Shown here: in pieces, positions 15,155 through 28,740 of the stretch
Layout: each line of letters begins with the position of its first letter
How positions within the stretch are numbered: the stretch's first letter is position 1
Assembly (NCBI RefSeq): GCF_006345805.1
Contig: NC_043011.1
Coordinates: 10,664,001-10,728,000 of the forward strand
DNA: 64,000 bases
Direction: 5' to 3'
Source of the DNA: Octopus sinensis
Lineage: Eukaryota
Translations under genes and position numbers: made by a program
Notes under the pieces: model-generated
What the model saw: only the letters and a program-made list of their open reading frames with translations
Told to the model about the DNA's origin: nothing
Database searches by the model: none

Positions 15155-15158
<4 letters not shown>
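14279..15158 (+). mobile_element. 5'-truncated LINE family A copy
   Basis: Near-identical to 2521-3413; 266-aa ORF 14292-15092; (TA)n on both flanks. Confidence 0.93.
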
Positions 15159-15196
<38 letters not shown>

Positions 15197-15200
<4 letters not shown>

Positions 15201-15248
15201 TTTTGCTGAACTTATCTATCATACCCAATATTATATATATATATATAT

Positions 15249-15285
<37 letters not shown>

Positions 15286-15605
15286 GTATGGTAGATAAGT
15301 TCAGCAAAACATTTTCATCAACTTTTAGACATTGTATTATGACAATTACAAGAATATACATACATGTATAACATATTATGCTTTACATATAAAATATATA
15401 AAGATACCAGTAATTATTAAAATATATAACATACAGGAATATAAATTGGGAAAATATCTTACAGCTGTTTCAGCCAAAATGCAAAAATACCTCATGGTAC
15501 ATTTATCCCTCCAGTAGACTGAAGTAATTAGTAGATGAAATTGAGGTACTTGGGTGATTCTCTAGGCTTCCTTAGAGATTTTAGAAAGTACATATGGTTA
15601 AGTTA
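15197..15605 (-). mobile_element. PLE-terminus-like element with degenerate hammerhead and inverted 30-bp end
   Basis: Inverted repeat 15201-15230 / 15280-15309 around (TA)n; minus strand ATCT-CTAAGGA-AGCC...GGCT-GAAACAGCTGTA-AGAT at 15451-15582. Confidence 0.6.
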
Positions 15606-15841
15606 TAAATATACACACATTTACATACTTATACATATGCATAAATATATATATATATATATATGCATATATAGACATATATATACATATGTATATATAT
15701 ATATATCTATATATATATACATATGTATATATATATATATCTATATATATACATATGTTATATATATATCTATATATATATACATATGTATATATATATA
15801 TATATCTATATATATATACATATGTATATATATATATCTAT

Positions 15842-15914
15842 TGGTGCTATTAAGTTAGACATGGCCTGGGCCAATAATGGCCGAAACCTATCAAAGTATC
15901 AAAGTATCAAAGTA
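15842..15914 (+). mobile_element. Extremely 5'-truncated LINE (family D-like 3' end only)
   Basis: TGGTGCTATTAAGTTAGACATGGCCTGGGCCAATAATGGCCGA matches 38446-38490; (TATCAAAG)n tail. Confidence 0.8.
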
Positions 15915-16124
15915 TATATATATATATCTATATATATATATAATATATACATATGTATATATATATCTATATATATATATATATATTACATATGTATATA
16001 TATATATCTATATATATAATATATACATATGTATATATATACATATCTATATATATACATATATATACATATGTATATATACATATATATATATATACAT
16101 ATAATATACATATGTTATATATAC

Positions 16125-16155
<31 letters not shown>

Positions 16156-16251
16156 CATATATATAATATACATATACAATATATATATATACATATATAT
16201 ATAACATATACATATATATATATACATATATATACATATGTATATATATAC

Positions 16252-16282
<31 letters not shown>

Positions 16283-16343
16283 CATATATATATAGATATA
16301 TATATATATATATATATAGATATATATATATATATATATATAA

Positions 16344-16377
<34 letters not shown>

Positions 16378-16480
16378 CATATATAATTTCAACAATTGAG
16401 GGCAAAATTAATTAATATAATCAATTTCACCAAGTGTTCAGTATGCAAAGGGACCATTCAAGGCGAATTCAAATTATTAC

Positions 16481-16775
16481 ATTATATAAAAGGGCTTAGT
16501 AAAATAAATTACTTTGCCGCATACTGAACTCATTAGAAATAGCAGCTAAAAAACTTTTTAAAGCTATTTCTAATACTTAAAGAAAATCTCTCTCATATAT
16601 AGTGTTTGCTTAATTCAACTCACAAAAGTTTTGTGAGTTGAATTAAGCAAACACTATATATGAGAGAGATTTTCTTAAGTATTAGAAATAGCTTTAAAAA
16701 AGTTTTTTAGCTGCTATTTCTAATGAGTTCAGTATGCGGCAAAGTAATTTATTTTACTAAGCCCTTTTATATAAT
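16481..16775. repeat. Near-perfect palindrome, ~147-bp arms, 1-nt loop
   Basis: Centre CACAAAA-G-TTTTGTG at 16628; only homopolymer indels between arms. Confidence 0.95.
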
Positions 16776-16903
16776 ATACATATATATATATACATATATA
16801 TATCATATATATATATAATAATATATATATATATACACATATATATATATATACATATTATATATATATACATATATATACATATATATATATATATACA
16901 CAT

Positions 16904-16937
<34 letters not shown>

Positions 16938-17028
16938 TACATGTATGTATATATATAGATACATATATATTACATATAGATATTTATATTGGAAGGTTTG
17001 GAGATGATGTACAGGTATTATATATTAA

Positions 17029-17068
17029 AAGAAATGAGGTACTCGATCTTCTGAGTACCTCATTTCTT
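17029..17068. repeat. 16-bp perfect hairpin within a small unique island in (TA)n
   Basis: AAGAAATGAGGTACTC / GAGTACCTCATTTCTT. Confidence 0.85.
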
Positions 17069-17080
17069 CTAATAGATATT

Positions 17081-17127
<47 letters not shown>

Positions 17128-17166
17128 AGATACATATATATATAGATACATGTATATATATATATA

Positions 17167-17718
17167 TGGACTTGTCCGGAAAGTTCGTGCTGATTTTAAT
17201 AGGAGGGAAGAATGTAAATAAATATTTGCCATTACATTTTTAATCAACCAAATATGAACTATTGTTGCACAATGCGTCTCCATCTGTCCTTTAACTTGAA
17301 AATACCCTCTTCACAGAATTGATGTGGTTTCTTGGCAAATAATTCATTAACGTCATCCAAGGAATTGAAATTTTTACCATTAAGACTATTCTGCAGAGAC
17401 CTGAATAAGGTGAAATCCGAAGGAGCAATATCTGGTGAATATGGAGGGTGGGGTAACACATCTCAGCCGAGCTGCAGCAATTTTTGCCTGGTTCCCAAAG
17501 CATGAAGTGTCGAAAATGAACTCTCTTATCTTCCATTTTAAAGGGTTACAGAATTAACACAGTTTATAGGAACATAAACCTTCTTCCACGAAAAGATAGC
17601 TTAAACTGTACTCTAAATGGAGGTGCAGTCAAATCCTATTTTATGGACTCAGCCATGTTCTAAAATATGTTGACAGGTAAGCTACTATACAGCGGCACGA
17701 ACCTTCCGGACAACCCAA
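17167..17718 (-). mobile_element. Internally deleted mariner transposon
   Basis: N-terminal MEDKRVHFRH joined to C-terminal LPHPPYSPDIAPSDF; TIRs TTGTCCGGAAAGTTCGTGC / GCACGAACCTTCCGGACAA; TA flanks. Confidence 0.92.
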
Positions 17719-17729
17719 TATATATACAT

Positions 17730-18098
17730 GTATAGGGAAAAGTAAGAAGAAATATAAGCGAAAAGGCACATTAGAAATCAAAAGATGTAAAGGCTTTTTA
17801 TGAAAAGTAACGATAGATATATACAATTAGATGAACTGAGGTAGGAATAAAAGTCATTATTGTGAATTGCTAAAGAGATTTTAAAACATACCCGTTTCGT
17901 GTGCATTTAAAGTAATGATTAGTAAATTTACGAAACCGGTATGCTTTGAAATCTCTTTAACAATTCACAATAATGACTCTTTTATTCTTACCCCAGTTCA
18001 TCTAATTGTATATATCTATCGTTACTTTTCATAAAAAGCTTTACTTTCTTGGTTTCCAATGTGCATTCTCGCTTATTTTTCTTCTTACTTTCCCCTTA
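17730..18098. mobile_element. Fold-back element with ~170-bp diverged arms; apex lies at a half-hammerhead
   Basis: 17730-17900 inverted versus 17929-18098; CGAAACCGGTA at 17931-17941 mirrored by TACCCGTTTCG. Confidence 0.75.
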
Positions 18099-18804
18099 CA
18101 TTTCCACGTGTAGTTTCTATTGAACCCCGAGTGCGAAACCAATTGGTAAGATACATAATACTGTACACTTCGATTAATATACCCACTCTACTGACAGATA
18201 CAAGAGTGCATTTTCCTGACTTATGGACGCTTAGACGGCTTACACACACACACACACACACCCTATACACATGCATGCATATATACACACAAACATGTTT
18301 CTATCCATACATTCATACCCATTTACATATGCTTATGTATATTTACAAAATATGTATATTTACAGAAGCGTGCTTATGTGTGTGCGTGTGTGTGCATGTG
18401 TGTGTGTTGTGTCTTAATTAGTTTTAATTAAACAAAAATGAGTAAATAATTTTTCGCGACGTCGATTTTATAATTTGACACTACTATTGATAGTTCTGGT
18501 ATTTTATTTTGACGAGTGTATTCCCGCCCCGCCCCGCCACGCTTCATTTAGAAGCAGCCATCTTTATTGGTAATGATATTTAATGATGATGGATGATGAC
18601 TGGTGATGATTTTGACATAAGAATTATAAAAGCAAGTAAAGCAAAATGATTGATTGAAAGAAAAGAAATTTTATTAGTTACTTAAAATAGGTTACTGTTA
18701 CTTATAGGTTAATGTTAGGGCGTGCTCATTTTAGGATATCATACTACTACTACTGCTACTTAAAGGCACAATATAGAATATAGATAAGAGTAGCAAATGT
18801 ATTA

Positions 18805-19615
18805 AAACATGTAGGCATTACATGGAAAAGTGCAAGCAAGAAAAATAATGTTCTTGAGATTATAAACCTGGAAAAGTACAGGACAAGTTATGACACTTGG
18901 AAAAGTTCAGGGCAAGTTATTTCATCTGGTAAAATACAGAACACGAAAATTTTTACTTACAATATTGCAGCTGAGGATAAAATTTCAAATAAAATATTTA
19001 GCTTTAGAAAATATTAGCTTTTTTTAAAACTAAAAATTTTATTACAAGTTTTACTTCTCTTTGTTATTACTTGTTACTTCTATTAAAGATAAGAACTTAA
19101 AATATTTTTTGCACTTTAAAAAAATTCATTCTTTAAATTATCAATTAATAATTAGAAATTTGAAATTAGGTAATAAAAGATAATAGTAATACATAGTTAA
19201 TACAATAAATATAATAATACAAACAACAAATTAACAATAAAATTTGCTTGAGTTATTGCCTAAGTTATTGCCAAGTCTTCACATTTTAGTCTTGACCCAA
19301 TGCCTATTCTTTACAAAATGAATTTGCCTACCATATATACTGTTCTACTTTGCATAAAACTTTAGCTTTATTGGTACTTCTGGCTCTCATTTTATAAGTA
19401 TTCTAGTGTTTTAACAAAATTATGGTACCTTTTTTTATTATAATGTTATTTTGAAAATTAAAACCAATTCATTTTTGATATTCAAATTTTATCCTTAGCT
19501 GCAATATTTTAAGTAAAAAATGTTCTTGTTCTGTACTTTACCAGATGAAATAACTTGCCCAGTACTTTTCCATGTTTATAATCTTGCTCGCATTTTTCCA
19601 TGTAATCCATGTTTT
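18805..19615. mobile_element. MITE-like element with long imperfect TIRs
   Basis: 18805-18990 inverted versus ~19480-19615 (e.g. GGGCAAGTTATTTCATCTGGTAAA / TTTACCAGATGAAATAACTTGCCC). Confidence 0.7.
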
Positions 19616-21089
19616 TTCCAGGCCATGCTATTCAATGTGTCAATTAGCGCTCTATCATTTAAGCTTAATTAGAATATAGTTTGTTTTTAAAATAAAAATG
19701 TTAATTATACTTAAATCCAATTTTTTGCCTTACCTTTTTTCAACATTTTTAATACAATTTTTTGTTGCATGAGACCAAAACTATGAAAATTTTCATACTT
19801 TCTTCTATCATTAAGATAAATATTTTTTGCCTTTAAAATGAAAAAGTTATTCAGATTTAAACTTGATTGGTGGCGTTACTTACAAATTTTGCTACAACGT
19901 TGCTACAAATTTTGATGTAAACTTTTTCCTACTGGGTCAAATCTTAATTAGTTTTATGCCAAAATGTAGCTAGGGACCAGTCCTCTTCAAAAATGTTAAG
20001 TTTTTTATTTGGTTAAGAACTGAATTAGCGACAAGCTCTGAAAGGTACTGCTTGTGAGTAAATTGCGGCCTAAAGAATATCATCCAACTACTACCGTAGT
20101 TAAATATCTTAAGTATGGTGATATGTATGACAACAGATATATCTAAATCAAGTCGCCTGGTGATATAAATATTAAAACAATGTTGGTGTATTTTTCCGCG
20201 CATTGTTATACCTATAACAATCTGTGGAGGCCTTTACAGAACAATATACAATGATTTTTTTAAATCACTTGAAGATGAAGGACAGCTCACAGTATTTTGT
20301 TGGTAATGCTCCATCATGGACTTATAAAATAACAAATTTGAGTGTGATGTCAGATGTTCAAATCTTACCTTTTATTCAATGCATTACGTTTCCATTTTCC
20401 GATTCCTCCACATGTCCCCTAGAACTTCTCCAGCGGTACGTAGCCCTATCACTTAGTTAACACTTAATGTTTTAAGGAGCCTAAATTTGGTGCCAGTCCA
20501 TAAGATTCATAAATCATATCAGAAAAAAAAAAGACATAGTTTGAAATAAATCATTATGATATTGTGAAATATTACAAAGTAATTATTCATTCCACAATGA
20601 TTACATTGAAAGTATTTTCAGAACTTATTTTGAGAAACACTTGGAATTCACGTAAGTGCATTTCTCAGTTCTACTTTAAAAGTATAAAGCCTTGGGCTCC
20701 TGGCAGAACACAAACACTGGAGTTAACATAAATGTTTGACGTAGCTGGAGTTTTAACAGCAGCTGGTGGTTAATCGAATTGTTTTTAGAAGAGGCTTGAA
20801 AGTGACGTTTGTGACGTTCATAGTGCGAATATGTATAGAAGTATACAATTTTCTCAAGCACCACGCTGTTGTTTTTGCAGGCGATTTTGATATAATCTTT
20901 TTGAACTGATCAATTTTGTTATCTGTCTTTTCTATCAACTATTTTTAAACATAAAATTTAGCCCTGGTGTGAAAAGAAACAAAATAGTTAAACGACAGAT
21001 TCAATTTCTCTGTGGGCACCGTGTTTATTTTTCACAGCCACACTAAAATTGTACGTCTATTAAAGAAAATGTACCACCACAACAAATAC

Positions 21090-21502
21090 TGGTTTCAAAT
21101 TTTGACACAATGCCAGAAGTTCGAGGTATTTACTTAATCGATTTCGAAAGAATGAAAGGAAAAAAATCAACCTCGACTGAATTTGAACTCGGAACGTGAA
21201 GACGGATGATATGCTACCGTGGAATTTTAGTTTACAGATAGACCACTAAATAATAACATATAATAAATTTGATACCACTTTCCATAAAAATAATCCTGTC
21301 TATTATAGGTACAAGGCCTGAAATTTGGGGGAGGGGGATAGTCGATTACATCGATCAATCGACTCGCAAGGATAAAAGGTAAAGTTGACCTCGGTGGAAT
21401 TTGAACTTAGAACGTGAAGACGGACGAAATGCTACCGTGGAAATTTAGTTTACAGATAGACCATTAAATAATAACATATAATAATTTTGATACCACTTTC
21501 CT
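21090..21502 (-). mobile_element. Two SINE fragments with duplicated flank (~220-bp local duplication)
   Basis: GAATTTGAACT..AACGTGAAGACGG..TGATACCACTTTCC at ~21180-21283 and ~21398-21502. Confidence 0.7.
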
Positions 21503-21539
21503 TAAAAATAATGACAATAACATATTATCGGCATAAATA

Positions 21540-22005
21540 GACGCAGGCGAGGCTGCGTGGTAAGAAGCTTGCTTCCCAATAACATGTTTCGGGGTTCAGT
21601 CCCATTGCGTGACACTTTGGGCAAGTGTCTTCTACTATAGCCCCGGGCCGACCAAAGCCTTATGAGTAGATTTAGTAGGCGGAAACTGAAAGAAGACCGT
21701 CGTATATATAACACCAGGCACTTTGAGAGTCATTTCCAATGCGTCAAATCGCAACCGACTGGCGAATTAGCAAGGCACATACATTGTGTATGTGTTCGAT
21801 AATATTTGCATCACTCGCGCTGCTTCTAATTCATGTGCTGGTGTGTTTACGTCCTTGTAACTTAGCGGTCCGGTTAAAGAGGCCAATTGAATAAGTACCA
21901 GACTTAACAAAAAAAATTCTGGGGTCGATACATTCGACTAAAAATTCTTCAAGGTGGTGCCCCAGCATGGTCACAATCTAATGACTGAAACAAGTAAAAG
22001 ATATC
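21540..22005 (+). mobile_element. tRNA-derived SINE with LINE-like 3' tail
   Basis: A/B-box-like head (GGCTGCGTGGTAA, GGTTCAGTCCC), TTGGGCAAGTGTCTT core, tail GGTGGTGCCCCAGCATGG...GACTGAAACAAGTAAAAG. Confidence 0.82.
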
Positions 22006-22394
22006 AATATTAAATAGCCACAATATACTGCAGAAGGGAAATGAAACGTGAAAAAAGTTACTGGGAACTGTGGTTACGGAATTTTATTTGTAATTGGCAC
22101 GAATGCTATGCTACCTATTCATTTCTGTAAGATAAAGAGATTTTTCAGAAAACAGTAAAATCAAGATCTGTAAATATTTCTACACCAGACTCTCATATGA
22201 AATGTGTCAACCATGAACAGTTTTGTTAACCTTCAACATTTCCGTTTGAATATCTTGTCAATCTTGAACTTTTCTAAGCCTGGTTTTCGATATTTACTCA
22301 ATTCTTGTTTCAAGGAATGAAACCCTAAGTGGATTTACCAAAACATAAACAGCAGCACCAGCACCACCAACAACAACAACACCAACAGCAACAC

Positions 22395-22960
22395 AAATAA
22401 TAACCTGATGAATTCAATCAACGCATAGGTAGCTGCCGTCGCTCTTTGTAGAGTTGGAATAGTGAATTGGACAAAAGGCGAAACAGTGATATTAGAGAGA
22501 AAACAAGAAGATCCCAACTGTGCACAGAATACCATCCTAAAGAAGTGTCAGTCGTTTATACATGAAACAGAAGCTTGGAGGGAAAGGACGTATTAGTATT
22601 CTTGACTGTGTGAATGAAGAACTAAAGTCAACAAGCGCCTACCTTGCAAAGAGTGAAGAAAAATTGCTTAAACATGCTGCAGTAGAACATGAACTGACTG
22701 AATTATTAAAGTTGAAAAGAAGAAAGTATATCAGAGGAGAATAATTTGTAAAAAAGAAAAAGGGAAGTGTGAGGAGAAATGGAGTTACGTGGACAGTTCT
22801 ACAAGTGGTACAATCATGTAGAAGAAAAAGGCACTATCTGAAGGGGCTGAACCAAAAATTATATGGAATTTTGACATTTAGGCAGATGGAACAGTTGAAC
22901 GCCATAAAGCATGACATAAAAAAAGAGAATGTCTTGATCAATAGCAGAAGTAGTTGGGGA
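22395..22960 (+). mobile_element. Degenerate Dong/R4-clade LINE fragment
   Basis: INA..GIVNW..HPK..RLYMKQKLGGKG resembles the post-RT motif of R4/Dong elements. Confidence 0.65.
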
Positions 22961-23296
22961 GCATCATAGCCATCTGTTGAGATGAATTCTTTGGAGTTTG
23001 AATAATTTTCCTCTGGACACATGGGCGTTTTTGTTCATCATCCATAAACAAACCCTATTCAGGGACCTTTTGAGTAGGGTGGGCTACTCGACCTTAAGAA
23101 AATTCTAACTGGGCCCCACCCGCAAGGTCATTTTGTATTTATCTTTATATCAAATCACCATGTTGCGCATTTATGGTTGTGATGCATGTGCCTTGTGTAT
23201 CGTTATCAGACGGGTAGCCATGATGGGTATACCGGGCTTCGTACATTTTACTCTAGTGTCACTTCGATGGCATGCACTGCTCTCTCAATAATGATG

Positions 23297-23342
<46 letters not shown>

Positions 23343-23348
23343 CAATAA
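22960..23348 (+). mobile_element. Non-coding interspersed repeat ending in (TAA)n
   Basis: Higher-GC block ending CATGCACTGCTCTCTC-(AAT)n; recalled as an abundant octopus-type repeat. Confidence 0.45.
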
Positions 23349-23363
23349 TTTGTGCATGTATGA

Positions 23364-23372
23364 GTCTGTCTG

Positions 23373-23407
<35 letters not shown>

Positions 23408-23563
23408 GTCTGTCTGTCCGTCCGTCCGTCCGTCCATCCATCCATCCATCCATCCATCCGTCTGTCTGTCTGTCTGTCCGTCCGTCCGTCCGTCCATCCA
23501 TCCATCCATCCATCCATCCATCCATCCGTCCGTCCGTCCGTCCGTCCGTCCGTCCGTCCGTCC

Positions 23564-23598
<35 letters not shown>

Positions 23599-23698
23599 CG
23601 TCCGTCCGTCCGTCCGTCCGTCCGTCCATCCATCCATCCATCCATCCATCCATCCATCCATCCATCCATCCATCCATCCATCATCCATCCATCCATCC

Positions 23699-23742
<44 letters not shown>

Positions 23743-23758
23743 GTCTGTCTGTCTGTCT
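23364..23758. repeat. Compound tetranucleotide microsatellite (TCTA/TCTG/TCCG/TCCA)
   Basis: Direct reading. Confidence 0.97.
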
Positions 23759-25586
23759 AAAGCGCGAGATCCTATGGTTCGTGTTACCTTTCTCCTTCTA
23801 TGTTAAATCCATACCTAAATTTCTTTAAATTTCTAAACTCGATTTTCCTATCACAGCATAAATATTACCCTATCTTCAATAAATAATCTATTAAAATCTC
23901 TTACTCCACCTAATTTAGGATTCCTCTAACAGACGCAGACTCCAAAGTCTGTCCTTAGTCCCGTCAATCAACCCCACTGAACACCAATCCACCTAGTTGC
24001 AATAATACGACTCAATAATACCAACCTCAATGCTTCTCCCATTATGACCACATATACTAGCGGTGATATCATAGAACTTGACCTTCCCAGCGATCATTTC
24101 CAACCCTAGGGCAGGCAGGAAAACCTGCAATTTCCGAGTGTCTTAACTCTGCTCACTCTAAGGTTTCTGTCTACGCAAAAACGTAGATTACAAATGTTGA
24201 ATAGAAACACCGCGTTCCCACAAGCAAGGATCTATATTGGCCGGCACTGTTGATTTCAAGCGCTGCTACAGAACAAACATGAACTCTTTCTTCAATCCAA
24301 ATTCTAAATTATCTACCTCCTTAGCAACTTATATACGCAACCTCAAATCCCACAACATTACCCATACTCTATCCTGATCCACCGTAAGTGAGGCTACCTC
24401 ATACAGCGCTAACCTTGGCATTTGTAAATTGTGTTTAAGGGAATTGCTAAACCTCCTCCGCAACCACAACCCGTGATTAATAGATTCTCAGATGTAATAC
24501 TTTCTTGTAAGCAGAGGTTCTACTCATTGTTTGCCCATTTTGTTAAATCTATGTAATCTCCTAATTACTACTAACCTTGATAATGATGAACCTGAAGGTA
24601 CGATTACCTCACATTAGCAATTTACCTCTTCCACTAATACCACCCGTTCAACTAAATTATTCCTTCTTACCATTACTTCTGCACATTCCTCCTACCCAGC
24701 TCTTCCCAGTCCCTTATAGCCACCCCATCCTCATACGTTGTATTCTTTCTCCATCTTCTATCTCCTCTTCAAATAAAACCACTTTCAACTACTCCATTGC
24801 CTTAGCAACCAGCCTATCCACACCTCCCTCTCTATCAACCTCCCTCTATTTACTTTCATACGCTTCTACATGCCACAGTACTCTCCCTCTGCCGTCAACA
24901 CACGTTTCTTACTTGATCCCCCCCTCCAACCTAAACCATGTAGCACTAACTATTGCTGCTTCGACTACACACCTCCCTCTATCTTCTTTTATGCCTTAGT
25001 AATCTCCCTCCGACGCCAACCAAACTTCTTTATTGGAATTCCCCTTTAGCCACATTATTAGCATCTATTAATTAGACCCTTTGCCCTCCCCATTCTCACT
25101 GTCTCAACTTCCCATAAAACCTAAATTTTAACATCTATTCACGAATCCAACAGCTGACCATCCTTCAAATGCTATCCATCTCCCCCTCCCACTCAGTTTC
25201 CAACTCTCCACCTCTACCACTTCTCTCGATACCCTGATATTGTTAACCTCCTTCATCGTCCTGAACTGACTCTCTTATCTCCTCTCCCCTTTCCCTGCCT
25301 CAACACTCCCCACACCTCCACCGAGTCACCTACTTCCTCCCTCCAATATTGCTTGCTCTTCACCTTTAAACTTCTCTGTATCATGATCTGAAATGTAAGA
25401 TTATCCTTCTTCCCTGAGGACGAAGGCTTGGTTTATCCAATGTTTATTAGATTCTGTTTCTGGCTGTGTCTTTTGATGAACTATATCTACCAACATTATG
25501 ATGAATCTCCGACCCCCCAGACACAGCTGTCGGACTTGTAACAGCTTACCTCCTCCCCTTTAATTTTTTCTGTCGTTTGTACCCTG

Positions 25587-25730
25587 TGATCTACCAAGAT
25601 ATAAGTTTGATCTACCAAGATATAAGTTTGATCTACCAAGATATAAGTTTGATCTACCAAGATATAAGTTTGATCTACCAAGATATAAGTTTGATCTACC
25701 AAGATATAAGTTTGATCTACCAAGATATAA
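25587..25730. repeat. 21-bp minisatellite TGATCTACCAAGATATAAGTT, ~6.9 perfect copies
   Basis: Direct reading. Confidence 0.97.
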
Positions 25731-25879
25731 ATGTATATATTTTGATACTTAAGTATTCATCGTCTGAAAATTTTCAGACTTTGCTTTTTTTCTGGTTACG
25801 TTTACACATACACGCACGCACGCAAACACACACACACACACACACACACACCACACACACACACACACATATACACGCA

Positions 25880-25930
<51 letters not shown>

Positions 25931-26961
25931 GCACATTGTGTAAATCAAAACCAAGCTGTTATATTTAATTGGTTATCCATATAATTGTCTTTCTCTATAA
26001 ATATATGCACGTATATGCACCTACACACATTGTTTTATCAATAGCTGACACATTACATTTTGTCAGCTCAAAGTTTGACCATTATGTAATGGACTGCAAG
26101 TTCTGTGATTCAACCCTCTTATATTCTTATATTCTTATATTCTTATATTCAGGCATATTTTACTGTTACAATTATTATTACAAATTATGTAGTTGTTTCA
26201 AAGTCCTAAGCACTGGTTTTCATTGGTTGATGCGGCAGGAGTTGGGGTGTGACAAGGAATCTATATGTTGAACAGATTTATGTTATTTATACTTTTTCAT
26301 GGAAATTCATGTGTAAATTTAAGTAAAATTATGTTTTAAGAAAAAGAATCGTTGGAGGAAGTTTCATATATTTTCATACATTTTTTTTTTTTACAAATAA
26401 GTTGAGGGAGATATATTTAAAAAGAGATTACTACAGCGAGAGTGTTATTTTAAGTTTTGAATTACTTAAGAAAAAATGGTTTAAACATAAAAGGGTGATT
26501 CAGATGTTCATTTCATAAAGACATTGTTCCAGTTCCGTTCCCACTGTATGCCTTATTTTGAGCATGTCTTTAGTCACAAGCTCGAGTTGAAGAGTTCCTT
26601 GTGGGTGGGAGTTGACTGACAAAAAATACGTCGGAACCGGTCCTGTGTGTGTGTGCGTGAAACAACCAAAAAAAGCCGAACAAACTCCATTGAGGTATTT
26701 AGCTAGTTTAAGGGTGTGGCATGCCGCTTTCTCGCCACTGTCACAAATAAAAGAGGCAGTTTTCTGATTGGCTGAAAATCCTGAAAATTATCAAACTTTG
26801 AACACCTGTAAAATTTTCGGAAATTTTTTCTGTAATAAATGAATAACAAATTCGGAGCCAGCGTAAAAAATTATATCTATATGATACATTAAAAAATTGC
26901 TTTAAAGATTTTGACATGCAGTGACTAAAACCAAAAAGATCCAGCAGTCAACTCCACCCGA

Positions 26962-27584
26962 TGTCACGATTCTCTAGAAGATTACCCACGTGATAAAAAA
27001 AACCCCTAACCAATCACGACGTCGAGTGGAATAATCTCCAGCAACGATTTTGGTGCGCTTCTTTCTGAGACTAACCATCAGTATAAATTCGACACACCTT
27101 AGATACTTTGTAGTGACCTTTGGGATGCAGCAGAGAGAGCGTTGACAAACAGCATAGAAGGTGGCCAACAGAGACAACAGACAGCAGCTGACAATACAAA
27201 GGCAATGAAGAGTCGGAGGACGAAAGACAGAAGCCGGGTGTTCGGTAAGCAGCTGCTACAGCTGCACCGAGAACAGTAATACTCAAAACTCTCGACGTTC
27301 TGTCGTTCGTAGTAACGACGTTACTTGGTTTTTGTTTATGGGAAGTATAAAACTTTTATCCAAAATCCAAAAAGATTCCAGCCTCAATTTCGTACACATA
27401 TGATTCCACCTCTAGGTGTGTTGTAAATAAAGAAAGCATTGATTAAAGAGTGAACCTAATAAAGTATTTTAATATCTAGTGTGTAGCGAGTTTGGAGTAA
27501 GGATTCGGTAGAGACTATCGGGTCTAGGTTTCCAGTAACTCCAAGTAGTATCTATTGTGACTATGGTGGACCGTGAATATCACA
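26962..27584 (+). mobile_element. Possible solo LTR
   Basis: Starts TGTCACG, TATAAA at ~27083, AATAAA at ~27427 and ~27458, possible end ATCACA; no TSD found. Confidence 0.3.
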
Positions 27585-27987
27585 AATAATCAGTGTAGTC
27601 TCGTATCTTGAGCTGTGCCATATCTCATTCAATAATAAAAGTGAGTGAAAATAAAATATTTTCTTCTGAGGCAAATTGACATTTAGGAGAATATTTACAG
27701 AAATCTCCTCAGCAGTTTCTTCTCTCTGTTTCCCAATCCCTCGGTTCTCCTCTTTAAATCCCTCTATGTGTGTATGCATGTATGTATATGTGTATGTATG
27801 TATGTATGTATGTATGTATGTATGTATGTATGTATGTATGTATGTATGTATGGTGTGTGTGTGTGTATGTAGATATCTATCTATCTATCTATTTAGCTTT
27901 CTCTCTATGTGTGTTTGTGTGTGTATATATATATATGTGTGTGTGTGTATGTATATTATGTATATATATATATATATATTATGTATG

Positions 27988-28035
<48 letters not shown>

Positions 28036-28306
28036 TTATGTGTGAATATATATTATGTATGTATATATATATATATATAAATACACACACATATATATAT
28101 ACAGACATATATGTATATATTACACATACACACATACACACAAATATATATATATAGGTAAGAAAGTTGGTGTGTGAAAGCACGTGGTTGGATGTATAAA
28201 AAATAGAAAAGAGTGAATATAAATATATTCTTTAACCTTATAAAACAAGCCTTCTGTAGTTTTTTCACTCTTTTCTATTTTATATATGTGTGTGTGTGTG
28301 TGTATG

Positions 28307-28337
<31 letters not shown>

Positions 28338-28704
28338 ATGTGTGTAAGTGGAGAAGTAAGCAACATTGCGCTTTACAGACGCTGCAATGATACTTCAATG
28401 ATTCCCTAAAATATCTCGATTTTTTCCTCATTTATCTAACAACAACAGCAATTACTACTACTACTACTGCTAGTAGTTACAATAATGAATTCCTATTCGA
28501 TATAATCGTAATTTGTTTCAATTGTTGAATTATAGTAATGTTTTGCGAAACAAGACAAGCAACAACAAGAGTCTTTTAATCCATTTATGTCTATTGTAGC
28601 AACAAAAGAAGACACCCATAACGTATAAATGGTTTCTTTTTATATAAGAGTGAACTTTTCGAAAATATATTTATGATGAACAAATCTATATATTTCTGTT
28701 ATAT

Positions 28705-28740
<36 letters not shown>

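Noticed and set aside
19960-20990. Short ORFs possibly from a transposase or host exon
   Set aside because: No recognisable motif
23820-25400. Strongly C/T-skewed block, possibly an ancient minus-strand retroelement
   Set aside because: No diagnostic motif could be recovered by eye
25587-25730. CRISPR-like periodic repeats
   Set aside because: Head-to-tail with no spacers, in eukaryotic context; also true for 6603-7762 and 46820-47305
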